Origin: Phaeosaccion multiseriatum
Taxonomy: Eukaryota; Protista; Ochrophyta, other classes
Length of the DNA stretch: 64,000 nucleotides
NCBI GenBank assembly: GCA_965112735.1
Contig: OZ218963.1
Span: forward strand, 2,914,001 to 2,978,000
Direction: 5' to 3'
The first letter of the stretch is position 1, and every line of letters begins with the position of its first letter. Shown piece by piece: positions 11,127-23,379 of the stretch. A program made the position numbers and the translations under genes. Under the pieces are notes generated by a model. That model was not told where the DNA came from. It saw nothing but the letters and a program-made list of their open reading frames with translations, and made no database searches.

Positions 11127-13158
11127 CTCTCCCTTCCCCTCTCTCTCCCTCTCGTTATCTCTCTCCCTTGCTGTCTCTCATGTCTTGTCTCTCTCCCTCT
11201 CTATCTCTCTCTCTCCCTCTCTTCTCTTCCCGCTCATCAGCCTCGTCTGGGTGGCTCTGTACGTGACGTCATCGCTGTACTCTTTCACCTGGGACGTGTA
11301 CATGGACTGGGGCCTGGGGCGGCGAAAGTAAGTGAGGAGTGAGGCAGTCAGTCAGGTAGTGAGGAGTGAGGCAGATCGAGGGCATGGAGAGAGTGAGTGA
11401 GTGAGTCAGTGAGGAGTGAGGCAGAGCGGGGGCAGGAAGAGAGTAAGTGAGTCAGTCAGTGAGGCTGTGAGGCAGTGAGGCAGAGCGAGGGCATGGAGAG
11501 AGTGAGTGAGTCAGTCAGTGAGGAAATGAGGCAGAGCGAGGGCAGGAAGAGAGCAAGTGAGTCAGTCAAGTGAGGCAGCGAGTAAGACGGAGGGACCATT
11601 CCTTGCACGCACACAGTTTAGTTTAAAGCTTCACATCCCGAAATCGCTCTCCTTTCCTTCCCTTTTGTTTTTGTGCTTTTGTTGCGTGTGTCTTTCCTCT
11701 CCGTCAGATTCCATTGGTTGGCCGAGCGCCGCATGCTACCCCGCCAGGTGAGTGAGTGAGTGAGTGGATTGGCTGCTGATTGGCTGCTGATAGCCTTAGG
11801 TGTTCTGCTACTTTTGTCCTGGTCTTGTAAAATGAATGTCCTGCCCCGTGGCATGCAAGGGAAGGGGTGGTTGGGGGGGGTGGGCACATGAATCTCTGGG
11901 ACGACCCGTCCTGCTCCAAGCGTTTTGTCCGTTTCTAAAACGCTTCACGCTGCTGCGAAGGAACCCCTACCCCCCCCCTTCTGATCCGCTTTCGAAGCCC
12001 CTCACGTTTTTTTGCTTGCCCCTCTGACAACCATCGCTGCCTTGCCGGCTGTTCCCTGTCACCTCTCACCTCTCCAATGCATCCATCATACATGCCTACT
12101 TAAAACCTCCTGGTCTTGCTATGGCACCGCAGTGGCCCTACTACTGCGCCATCGCTATGGACCTCGTGCTGCGCTTCAATTGGATGGCGTCCTTCATCCC
12201 ACCCGCCATCAACACGGGTCTGTTGCCTGTGTCTCTCCCTGAGTACATTACCACCTTCGTCATCATCCTGGAGATTTTCCGAAGGTACGTAGTCGTACGC
12301 AAGTAAGGCATCATCTCAGAAGGGAGAATGAACCGTTTTACGACCGGCCCGTGGTGCGCGTGTGTCTTTCTTTTGTGCTTGATAATGGAAGAGGCCATGG
12401 AAGCTTAAGAGATGTTCTTGATGTGCTTAGCGATAGGGTCGTTGGCCTCATCCACCGTCTCTCGTCACCCTCCAATCTGCTGTGCCATCTGCTGCGCCAT
12501 GTGCTCGCAATCCCTTGCTTCTGCATCCCTTGACACGACGTGACATGGCATCACTATGACACGTATGACCACAGGACTGTGTGGGGCTTCTTCCGGCTGG
12601 AGCACGAGCACCTTGGGAACACGGTATGTATACACGGGGCTCGGGACAACCGCGGCCACTGGTACTGGGCACTGGCACTGGGCACTGCCCCGGCATTCCT
12701 TCCTTCCCTCTGCGTTGTATGACCCTGACCCCTTCTTCTCCTGTAGGAAGTGAAGAGTCCGAAGGCTCAATGAAGGCCATGGAGGTTTGAGTTTGAGTTG
12801 TAGAACACTCGCCCTTGGGTTCCTTCGTGCAAAGAGCGGATGGGTGGGGTGTGCGCAGATCAGCGGCACAACAACCGGACGTCTGACTTCTCTCTGCTCT
12901 CATGCCCCCCCCCCCCTCCTCGGCGTCCTTCTTCCACCACTCTTCTCCCAAACGTACGTACTACCGCATTAGGAGGGCTACCGGCGGGTGGGCTTTGTCC
13001 CTCTTCACTTCACCACCTCCACCGACCGTCAGTGGGCGCGGGACCGCGGCACCAGCAGTGGCATTGTGTGGGAGATCAGTGGGGTGGTCGGCGCGCTGGT
13101 GCTCGTGTCGGCCTTCTCGGTCATGGCTGCCAACGCCGCATCCAAGGCCACGCCCTAA
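5349..13158 (+). CDS. XPR1: SPX-EXS phosphate exporter (XPR1/PHO1/SYG1 family), multi-exon
   Basis: SPX: MVAFG..W..YLDY.KLK and NFATINYTACVKISKKHDK. EXS: INYIYLFELDP, ADVLTS.VK, RCLQCLRRYYD, N.LKY, YSFTWDVYMDWGL, DLVLRF.W, LEIFRR.VWGFFRLEHEHLGN. Confidence 0.92.
7388..7527 (+). repeat. Intronic 35-bp minisatellite, 4 copies, alternating variants
   Basis: Unit ACCATGTGGTCGAT(CTG/ATA)TCCCATCTATCCATCCTC. Confidence 0.9.
11328..11580 (+). repeat. Intronic ~50-55 bp degenerate minisatellite beginning at a splice donor
   Basis: Repeated GTGAGGCAGAGCGAGGGCA(T)GGA(A)GAGAGTGAGTGAGTCAGTCA units. Confidence 0.8.
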
Positions 13159-14109
13159 CTAGAAGCCTACGCAAGTCTCTTTTTAAAAAAAAACAAACTT
13201 GAGGCCCTGTTGTATGTGCAGTAGCCGGGCTGGCGATTCATGCGCGGGTGAATGCTGTAGGTCCTTTTTTTTTCGTCCAAGTTTCATGGCACGAATGGGG
13301 GCCATGTGAAGGGTACCTCCACACCATCCGTATGGCACACCGTACGGAGCAGCGCGCCATGTTTGAATCCTCCAACACCCCCAGCTTCTCTCCCTCCTCA
13401 AATCTGAGCATTTTCTCCATGCCTGAGTCCGCAGAACGCAATCCGTGTCGGCGCCGAATGTGCTTGGAGTGTGCGTCTCGTAGAGCCCCTTCCCTTTTTT
13501 CTGCATGCCGCAGAGGCGCTACGACAATCGTCTAGCACTTCTATAGTACAAATCACCCCCCCCCCCCTCCGTCTCTTTCTTCTGTCCTCCGCCCCCCTCC
13601 CCCTCCTCCTCCTCCTTCACCACCTCCACCTCGTCCCATGTGCTATCGTGGCGCTACTCCTTGCTCTCTCGTGGACGGGAAGGCCTCCTGCCATGTCGTG
13701 AACGCTACAAAAGGAGTTCTCTTAGATCGATGTGGGCTGGCGGGCGAGAATTCCCTCTTGCAGAGCTCCGCGGTGCCGTATCCTCTTTTCCCTCCCTCCC
13801 TCTAAATTCTCCCTCTACAAGTGTACTCAGGCAGATTAAAGAAGGGGGCAAGCGGCCATTCAAGCGGGCCAGGAAATCCATAGAGACAAAACAAGGTAGC
13901 GGAGACAGCCCGGTGCTCCTATATCTCACTTATCTCTGCTGTCGCGCCCTGTCGCCAGGGTTGATTAGTCTATCCCCCCCTCCAAAAGGCGTCGCAAAGC
14001 AGGGGAGAGGCGGCTCCAGTGGCATACCGAGGAAGAGTGTTCGCCCCTGGCACTTCCCACTCGTGCTGTTGTCCCGGTGCTACATCGTATCACGGCTGAA
14101 GGCCAATCT

Positions 14110-14253
14110 AACTCGCTGAGTCCCGCGAGGTGCATTATTTTAGTCGCCAGTTGTAGTGCGGGAATTGTAATCTAATTGGCTGGCTGGCCCGGCCAGCCCA
14201 ATTAGCACGATATTCCCGCTATATCGAGGGCACCTCGCGGGAATCAGCGAGTT
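14110..14253. mobile_element. 144-bp foldback (MITE-like) element
   Basis: 24-bp arms AACTCGCTGAGTCCCGCGAGGTGC / GCACCTCGCGGGAATCAGCGAGTT (1 mismatch), plus inner stems GCGGGAAT/ATTCCCGC and CTAATTGG/CCAATTAG; no clear TSD. Confidence 0.6.
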
Positions 14254-14385
14254 TGGTGCTGTGGGGGAGGATGATGGGATGACAAGGAATTCTCACAGAT
14301 ATCTCCACAGACCCGGACCTTCAGTATCTTCCCCTCTTAAAGGAACCCTCAAGCCGGACCCCCCAAAGTTCTTCCGCGGAACGAG

Positions 14386-16549
14386 ATGAGCAGCGCGAGA
14401 GCAGCGGTCAAGGCGGCTGCTGAGCGGAGGGCAAAGGCTAAGCTTTCCAATCCAATCACGCCAGCTGACAAAGCGAAGGTGTGTTGGTTGTATTTGTCTT
14501 AGTCTCCCCAGTCACCGTCCAACGCACCCTTCCCCTTCGTTCCGTTTGATCACTCTACGATAGCTCCTAAGCATACTGAAGGCCAAGCAGGAGTTGAAGA
14601 GGAAGCAGGAGCAGGAGAAGGCGGCTGCAGCGGAGTCTTGCGAGAGGGGTAGCAAAGCGGAAAAAGGGGGTGGGAAATCAGAGGAGTCGAGACCGAAAGA
14701 GATCAAGAAGGTGAGTGAGTGTCCACAGCGACAAAGTACCACTTCTTTCAAAGCTTACCCCGGCTTCCTGTCAATTCGCCCCGACTCTCGCCACTCTTGT
14801 CTCGGCAATTGCTGTTTCTTTGCCCTTCGTCCCCACCCTCGGCGGCTGGAAGGTATCACTATCAAGAGGTAAGGGAGGCAACGATCGGCTGACACACTTT
14901 TGGAAGCTTTGCTCACACTACTGAGTCGACTCCCTCTCTTCCCCTCATGCCTCTCTTTCTGCGAAGGAGGAGGAGTGGCCGCCGAGGCGTCGATGATGAT
15001 GCCCCCTCCGCCCCCGCCACCGGCAAGGACTCCTACCCCGCCATCGGCAGGTGAGGCTCCCAGGTGTGGGCCGTGAATCTTGTTCATCCTTTTGTCTTTG
15101 TTGCCCGCCACGGGACATGGGCCACAAGTAACGCGACGCCCTTCCCGCGTGGCCTACAGGAGAGGGGTCACTTCTGGGGTTATCGTATGGCGATAGCGAC
15201 CACGACGAGGACAACAGTGACGACGAGGATGAGCCTCAGCGGTCTGGCCAGACAGGAGAAAGGGAGGAAGACGGCGCCACAACGGGGCCCACAACTCTGC
15301 CAGAGAACTTCTTTGATGACAAACTCGTAAGTGGGTCACGGGCTTTGCTTTGTCTCCCGCCCTCAATCTCTATTCGCTCAAAGTCGCCACCTCACCAACG
15401 CGCTCCACTGGTTTCCGTGTCGGTAGGCGGACGACGCAGCCCGCGGCATCGACTCCAGGAAGGTGGAGGGGGAAGCCAAACAGTGAGTGCAAGGGGTGGG
15501 GACCGCTCTCGCCTCGATGATGCCCTCCGAGAGTGAGCGACTCAGGCCATCAAACGTCCTCTCTCAAAGCCTGCCCATCTGTTTCACCTCTCTGCTGCTG
15601 CTTCTTCTTGATTTTGCTTCCACTTTCTTGTCTCGGCCTTGCAGAAAAGAATGGGAGGAGTTCCAGAGTTTCGCTGCAGATGTGGCGGAAAGAGAAGAGG
15701 TGTGTGTGCGTGTGTGGAAAGGAGTGTCCGCCATAGAGTGGCGAAAGGCGTCTCGGTGGATGTTGAGGGTTCGCAAACTGGACCTTGCCAAAAGGCAGGC
15801 TGCTGAAGTTTTGAAACATTCGCCACGTGGAAGGCTGGTTGGTTATGGAGTTTGTGTGGTCTTCTTTTGTGTGTCGGGTTTCTGACTACACAACTTTATG
15901 CTCAGGAGGATGATGCGAAGGAAGAGGAGAAGGAGCGGGACAAGAAGCAGCGCGACGAACTGGAGCAGCTGTGAGTACAAGACGGATAGACATGATGGCC
16001 TTGCACACCCTCAATGCTCTGCATGCACTGCAAGCCGTACTGTTCCGTCACTGCTACGTCCCCTCACGTCTCGCCCCCCCCCCCACCGCTTCACATGCAG
16101 AGCCTACATGGGCCGCTTGGCGGGCTTGATGAAGAAATCCGACGGCACTACGGGCAAAACCAGCAAGAGACGGGCCCAGGATGGCGCCGAAGCAGCAGGC
16201 GAGTGACGACCTCTCGGGAGCGTGTCTTGAATAGTCTGTCTGTCCCTCCCTGCCCACCCCCCAACCTATGCAGCCTCGCCCACCCGTGCTATTCCAGTTG
16301 CACCCATTTATGCCCTGTACTCCACGCTCCCGGCCCACCCTCCGTACAGGAATAGAGAATGAGGAGGCGCATATGGCGGCGCTGGAGGAGGTGACCGCCC
16401 CTGTGAACGCTCCAAAGGACAGCGCCATCGGAGAGGTGTCTAGGTTGATGATGGGGAGGAAAAAGAAGAAGAAAAAAGCCGCGAAGGAGGCGTCTCAGGC
16501 AGCATATGTACCGCTAGATCCAGCAGACTGGAGAGCGAAAATGACATGA
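14386..16549 (+). CDS. ZNF830/CCDC16-like spliceosome-associated protein, multi-exon
   Basis: LPENFFDD, KEWEEFQ, DELEQ and the terminal DWRAK match the ZNF830 C-terminal motifs as I recall them; GT-AG exon chain. Confidence 0.65.
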
Positions 16550-16609
16550 CTTGATACTTTTGAGTTCGTCCGAGTTTTCTCGGCCAAAGGGGCCGAGACA
16601 ACATATCGA

Positions 16610-17265
16610 TTATGCACCGACCCCTCCGTCGGGTGCTGCGACCTCTACTGCTCCCCCCGCATCCTCCGCGTTGGCCATTGCGTCGGCCACTGTATCGGAC
16701 ACTGCTACCTCTGCCTCGCCTGATTTCCCGATGCCGTCTTTTGCTGCTTCGGGTTCTCCTTCGACTTCTTTTGCGGGTCCCAACAAGATCAAACCGTCTG
16801 CCATCTGAACGACCGAAGACTTTCGTCGTTTTCTCTTCTCAGGACTGTCCCCTTCCTCGGCTCCTGCGGGGGCACCTTGGACGGCTATGATTGCTGTCTC
16901 TCCTGTCGGTAGAGACGAAGCTCTCCTGAGTCGTGGCTGGCAACAGAGAAAGTTGTCAACACAACATTTTGGTGAGAATTGAGCAAAGCGGTAAAGGGCC
17001 TTGGCTGGGGACAGCCGAGAAGCAAGACCCCCCAAATTCTCACCTTGGGCTCGTCTGCAGGCGGAGCTCCTCCTAAAGCTGGTGCTGCCGCTGGTGCTCT
17101 TGCTGTCCTTGTGACATTCTCGTGGATGAGTTTCCTCATTCTCTTGACCTCCTCCAGAGCAGCGTCTCCGTCTGCAATGTCGGACCCATCGACGGGATTG
17201 GCCAGTTCCTTCTCTAGCTCGGGGATGCCGCCCTCCTTCACCTGGATAGAAGCGGTCGCCCCCAT
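16610..17265 (-). CDS. Small hypothetical protein with N-terminal MGATAS (myristoylation-like); probably 2 exons
   Basis: Coding-like ORF 17265-17044 ending at AAG|GTGAGA; an acidic Ala-rich frame ends at 16610. The acceptor is uncertain. Confidence 0.55.
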
Positions 17266-17504
17266 TCTGCGTCTACTATCTCTTTCACCTCCTGCTCTTC
17301 ATTCACTATCCACTCTTTGTTTCGGCGTGATCCGTGTTTGTGGGAAAGGGTTTGCCGTAACGGTTTTTGTCCGCCGTCGGATGTCTAGGGAAGGAAAGAA
17401 GTGTCGAAAGACGAGAGACTATGTGTCGGTAGGCATCTCAAAGAGCTACACGAAGAGCTGTAGCGCTTTTCCCAGCGTCATATTGGGGGCGATTTGGGTG
17501 ATTC

Positions 17505-17864
17505 TCACGCAAATCGAGTGTTAAGAAGGGGGGGGGGGGAGGACGGTCTCGGCGGAAGCGGCATATTGTCGGCCCTCCGTGGGGAGGCGAAGCCCTCTTT
17601 CCTTGCCCGCTGGAGCTCCTCCAGCCCCTCGGCCAAGAGCGCTGGTCCTTCGCCGCCTTGCCGGCGGCCTGACACCACACCCATCGCGGCGGTTGAGGTG
17701 GCAAGAGGAGAGCCGTACGCAAGCCCCTCCGCCTCGCCTTGCTGCCTTGACCGGGAGAACTTGGCCTGGACGCTCTCTAATCGCATGCGCATGTCGCTCA
17801 GTTCCGTGCTCCATTGCTCCCCTTCGTGCCGGACTTCGCTGAAGCGGGCCAATCTCGCCGCACC

Positions 17865-17897
<33 letters not shown>

Positions 17898-20800
17898 TGC
17901 GTTGTCGTCGTCTGTGCCGTGGCGGAGGTGAGCCGGAGGCGGAACCGTCGGACGAGTGGGCCCACACACGTGGGGTGGGGGTGCGTGGGCAAGCACACGG
18001 GTCCGCTCTTTCTCCTCCCCCTCCTCCTCCTCGTCGTCGTCGTCATGCGCCCAAGCGTGACGTCTGGCATTCAAGCACCTGCTTTCCGTCCCCTCTGTGG
18101 CCCCCCTGCTTTCCGTCGATGCCGAGGCATTCGATAAGAGACTGCTGCGATGCCCGTGAAGAGGAGACCTTCCATCGAAGGTATATCCTGCGAAATCTCT
18201 GAACCCAAAAGCCGTCTCCGTCTTGTCGTCTTCAAAGAAGGATTCTGCCTCGGTTTCCGAGTCGTCTGAATCCCTCACGTCAGTCCATGGGTGAGGGGGG
18301 AGCGCAGCAGGAGGTGCGGTGCGGTCCCTTCGCTGCTCCGCCGCCGCCCCCCCCCCGTCCTCCCGTGGCCCCTGCCCATTGGATCGAAGCCATCGTCCCG
18401 GGGGGCGATAGCCATTGCCATCGCCGCCATGAAATGGTCTCCGATCGCGAGCGCACTCCTCCCCCCCGTCTTGTCTTCGGCTCTGCAGCATCTCGGTATG
18501 GTCCGCATGGGACGCGCCCACAATGCTGCTCCCTGTCCACCGCTGCTGCTGCTGTGGCTGCTGCTCTTGCCGGTGATCCCCGTTGTTGCGCGTACTAGTA
18601 CTAGTACTACTACTTCTGCTGCTACTACTACTACTACTATTACTACTGTCGTTGCCGCGGTCCCTGTGGGAGGTCCCTATAGCTCCTCCCCCTCCCCTTC
18701 GACTGCGCCTCGCCCGCTCTTTCGCCCGGGCTGCTCTCTGTTCCTCCCGCACCATGTCCGCATGTTGGGTCTCCACCGACTCGACTTTCCCTCTAAACGG
18801 GGAGTCCTCATCGCGCAGACTCTGGCGCTGCTCTTCTGCCCAAGTGGCCCCCACACCAAGGCGCCCAAGGGTGAGAGGAGAAGAAGGCAAGGTGAGCTTG
18901 ACAGCGGCAGCAAACTCGGAGCCTACATCGCTGTCATCCATCCCCTCCCCGCAACCCCTTTGGCCCCCGTTCTCGCTTGATGGGAAAAGCGGTCCGCGGG
19001 AGCTCACTCGGAGCTCTTGCAAAGACTCCTCGGCTCCCTCCAGTCTGCTCGTCCACAGCGGCAGGGAGCACAACAGATGGGTCAAGTGAGTTGGGGGGCA
19101 GAGTCCGTCAAAGGTCGTAGGGTCGGCTGTGCTTGGGGGCTCAGTGGCAAGGATAACGAACTTGAAACGAAAGAGTGGCAATCAATTGGACTTGAGAGGA
19201 CAGCTTGAGCGCAAAGTGCGTAAGTAATTTCGTCAACAACCTCAAGGACAGGCATTTGCCCCCCTCCGCGCTACTGCCCTTCCACCTCTCTCTCTCACCT
19301 CTTGATGTATTCGCTCCTCTCCGCCTCTAGGCGTCGCACTTTCTCTTGGAGCTCCCTCTGGAAAGAGTGCACCCCCGCGTCTAGCCCCTCCCCTCCTGCC
19401 TCGTCCAGCGCAGCTGCACAGGGAGTGGTGAGGGCAAGCGCGAACTGCGGGTTCTTTCGCAACAGCTCCGACTGCGCAAACTCCCAATCGATTAGCACCT
19501 CTGTGCTGGCCGATCCCGGACTGACCACCTGCCCGCCCACCCGTCTCGCCTCTTCCTCGGTGATGGAAAGCGCTGCAGCAGCCTGCTCGAAGCGCAGGAC
19601 GTGGTGCCGACCACACACGACTCTGCACCGGTGAGTAAGCATCACAGCTGGCGGTGGGTCCACTTCCTCCCCCGGTATGGTTGGCCCTCCACCCTCTCCC
19701 CGCATCAGCCCACTTTCTCCTCCTCCTCCAACCAGAGAACCATTGACATACACCCTGGCACCCCCCAAGGGATGCAGCATAACCATGCCATGCTGATGCG
19801 TCAGCACGACATGCTTCGGTAGCATGTCCAGCCCGCAGAGCTGGATCTCACACTCTTCGCCACTGCCAACGGTGGTGATTCCTTCCCGAATGTAATAGAC
19901 CAGGCACTCGCTGAACAAGGGGTCTTGGTTCAGGTTCACCAGGCGAGGAAGAGCGTCGTTTATCAGCCTGCCGCTCCCGGGCTCATTGCCACCGCTCCCT
20001 GCAGCTGCTGTTGCTACTACCGAGCCCCCACCACCTCCTCCCATTCCCAGAGGCGAGGCTTGGGGGGACAGCGACCGCACCCTTCCCCTTCTTTGGGCAG
20101 AGGGCGACAAAGAGGAAGGGAGAACTTGCCGATACGTGCTGACGTGCGTGCTGCCATCATTCACGCCGCGGCGAGCCCGCAGAACAGCTGCCACAAGCTT
20201 GCTACCGTCCTCATCTACTTCCGCTGCCCGTCCCCGTCCCCGACCTTGACTCTCCTCGCCAGCGCCCCACTCCAGCTGCGCGTCGAAAGGCCCTTCTCGC
20301 AACTGCAGAAATCGTTGCTGCTGCTGCGGTTGCTGCTGCTGGTCGTTTTCTTGTTGAGGGTCCCACCTACCCGTCTCCCCATGCTCCTCCCCATCCTCTC
20401 CCCTGTACTCCTCCCCTGTGTATCCGTAGCGCCTCAACTGACGCACGAGCTCTTCCTTCTCCGCCAGGGCCCCCTTCAGCCGAGCCATCTCAGCCTGCAT
20501 GGCGGGGTCAACCACGTACACCACCCCTGTAGCCCCCGTTTCCGTTTCAGAAAAGCGCCCCCCGCCCGAGGCTGCGCTGGGACGCTCAGTCTCCTGTCCG
20601 GGCTGAACCCCGCCTCCGAGAAAGGTGAGGGGTACACCCGGTTCACCACCTCCTCTCAATTGTAACTGCCGTCTGAGCTCAGCGACCTGCATCGAGGGAA
20701 TAAATGGCGACGAGCTCAGTCCTCTAAACAAGGTTTGGGGGGAATTGGGGAGGTGCATGAGTAGGACATTACAAACCTCGGCAGTCAGCTGCGCAACGAG

Positions 20801-23167
20801 CGTCTCGTTGCTGTCCTCGTTCACCACAGCATGAGTGCGAACCTGAGAATGTAACGAAGGGCGGAGAAGGGGAGGAGGAGGAGGAGGAGGAGAAGGAGGA
20901 GTGGGTGGGCCTTCGCTTTTGCAGGGGAGGGGAAGAGTGCAAGCACACACGAGGACCGGAGACGACATGTCCCTCCTCACCTTCTTAGCCCGCTCCGCGT
21001 ACTTGAGAGTGGACATGGTCTCCTCAAAATGGACGTCGCACGGGCTCACACAGGCAAGCATGACTGTACGAGCATTGCCACCGAGCGATTCCTGTACACA
21101 CCGGAAGAGGTGAGGGACACAACAATACAGATCTTGGCCGACTGAGCTTGCTTTGATCCAGAAACGTGCAGTCAGGATGCCTGCCCTCACAGATGCCTCT
21201 CCTCCCCCCCCCCCCATGCATAGAAGCACTTCATTCCTCCATCATAGGACCCCCTCCTCCCTCCCACCTTGAGCAATCGAGTGAGCACGCTGTTTCTGTA
21301 AGGGATGAAGGCGCCCTTGCCGCCCTTCTTGTCGTCTCTCTGCGCGTCGGTGAGCGCCTTGACGACATCACTCAGCGTGGCCAGTGACTTGTTGATGCTG
21401 CCTGCCTCCTTGAGACGAATGCCAGTGGCCCCTGTGTGCAAGACCCTCTCGCTGCCTGCCAAGTCCACCAGATTGACGCAAGAAACTGTCTCCTTGACAT
21501 TCCGCCCCTCCCCGCCTGCTCCCTCCCCTCTCTCTCTCTCGGCTCTCGCTCTTGGCCTGCCCCCAGAGTCGCCCACCGCCCCTGTTGCCTTCCCTTGCAC
21601 GTTCCCCATGCTGATGCTTGCCTGACGAAAGGTCAGTGTAAAGATGGCATGGCTTCTGCTGCTGTTCTCGTTCATATTCGTGGAAGCAACTGCGTGTGTG
21701 TGGCACAAGGGAGCGGGGTAGGGCAACGGCGACGGCGAGAGGGAGGACGTGAGGACGTTCAATGTAGAGGAACTGATTGTCGTGGGAAAATCACGGATGT
21801 GTTTCGTAGGAGGTCGTCTCACCTGTTCGAGCCTTGCCGCCAAAGGCAATGAGCTGCTCAATCTCGCTGTAACTGTGTACTGTAACCACCGTCAGACCTG
21901 GCCAGAGAGACGTTCAGCGAGCAGAGAGAGATAAGATGGCATACGTGCATTTCGTGGGTCAGGAGCGTGTCCAACTAGAGAAGACCCAAGCATTTCAAAG
22001 CACTAGTCGGCATTTCAGATTGCACCTTCCACGTAGGCCCCTGAAGTAGGATGCTCTCGAACCCTCAGCCCCCCCCGAGCTCCTGTGGCTCTCGGCCCCA
22101 CGGTGCTGGCAGCGGCAGACTCGGGGTTGAAGAGGTCTCGCACCAGTTCGTTGTAAATCTCCAGATAGCTCACCTGTGTAGGGAGAAGGCAAAGTGTTCC
22201 CAAGACACCCCCCCCCGTCAGACAAATGCCTGACTCATTTCGTTTCTCGAAACTTTACATGTCTTCACCACAGGCTTCCTGCTTCCCGCCAGGGGGAAAC
22301 ACAGTGTACACAGTATGCTCACCTCAACACAGTACTTGGGCGCAATCATGTGGGCTCGGGCGTCGCTGGAGGTGAGCGCCAGTCTTTCTGCTATGCCTTG
22401 AAAGAGTCCACTGCATATCCTGGGAGTCAGGCCGTAGTCCTTCCCTTCCACATGGTCATCAAGCACTGCGCCTGTGCCCATCATGCAGTAGCTTTTCCCT
22501 GTGCCACGTACGCGTGTTGGATGCGGTTCGGGGGAGGAAGAGAGAAGAGCGGGCGGGGTCAGAGCGGGAAAAGACGGGACATACAAGGGGGTGTATCCGT
22601 ACGGCACCTGCTCCTGTCTGCCCATAGGAGAAAACCGAACAATTGTACCCTTCCCAAGCCTGCTCGAGTATACTCAAGCCAATGTCCCTATACACGGTAC
22701 TTTGGTCGGCATAGTGAGGGTCTTCGGGCACTGCGCTCCAATAGCAGTGGTCATAATTGAATTTCCTCGCCCACTGGGGGGGTGGGGGTGGAGAGAGTGA
22801 AAGGAGACGAAAGAGAGGGCACAGCAAAATGCTGGGTAAGAAGGGAGCTTCGGAGCAAGGGAGCATCGGCCATACGACAATGAGCATTGCAACATAACAA
22901 CATGAGACCACCGCCACAAGATGCTCCACAGACCCTCACCGTGCTCATGTCAATCTGCTCCCCACATTCTCTTTCCACTGCAGCCGCAGCGCTGAAAGCT
23001 GTGGGGTCGACCACGACACAGCTGTTGTCCTGCACGCTGATGATGTTCTGCACCCCCGCACCCCGCTCCATGGCGGACATCGGCCTGACCCTCACCGCCA
23101 CCTTCACTGCATCATTCATAGCGCTCACGCCGCCGCCGCCACCACCCCCGCGCCGCCTTCCCTGCAT
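17505..23167 (-). CDS. Kinesin-3 family motor with FHA domain, multi-exon
   Basis: [24 protein letters not shown]|[56 protein letters not shown]; FHA region [20 protein letters not shown] and DWEFAQ.EL are typical of KIF1/13/16. Confidence 0.93.
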
Positions 23168-23379
23168 CTTTGCTCCGGCGCAAAGCAGTTGGGCAAAATT
23201 ACTGCGAGATAATGATAAGCCCTCCCACGGGATCGCATAAGGGTAGCATTTCCCGCGTGTTCACAGCTCCCATTATCCTCTAAAATATCAGGGGAAGCTT
23301 TAAGCTTAAGCTTAAGCTTTGTTTTTTTTTCTTCCCTAGAGACAGGGCAAGAAGGAGAGAAAAAAAAAAAAAAAGGATG

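Noticed and set aside
13640-14119. 159-aa ORF upstream of the ZNF830-like gene
   Set aside because: No recognisable motif and a non-ATG start; probably intergenic.
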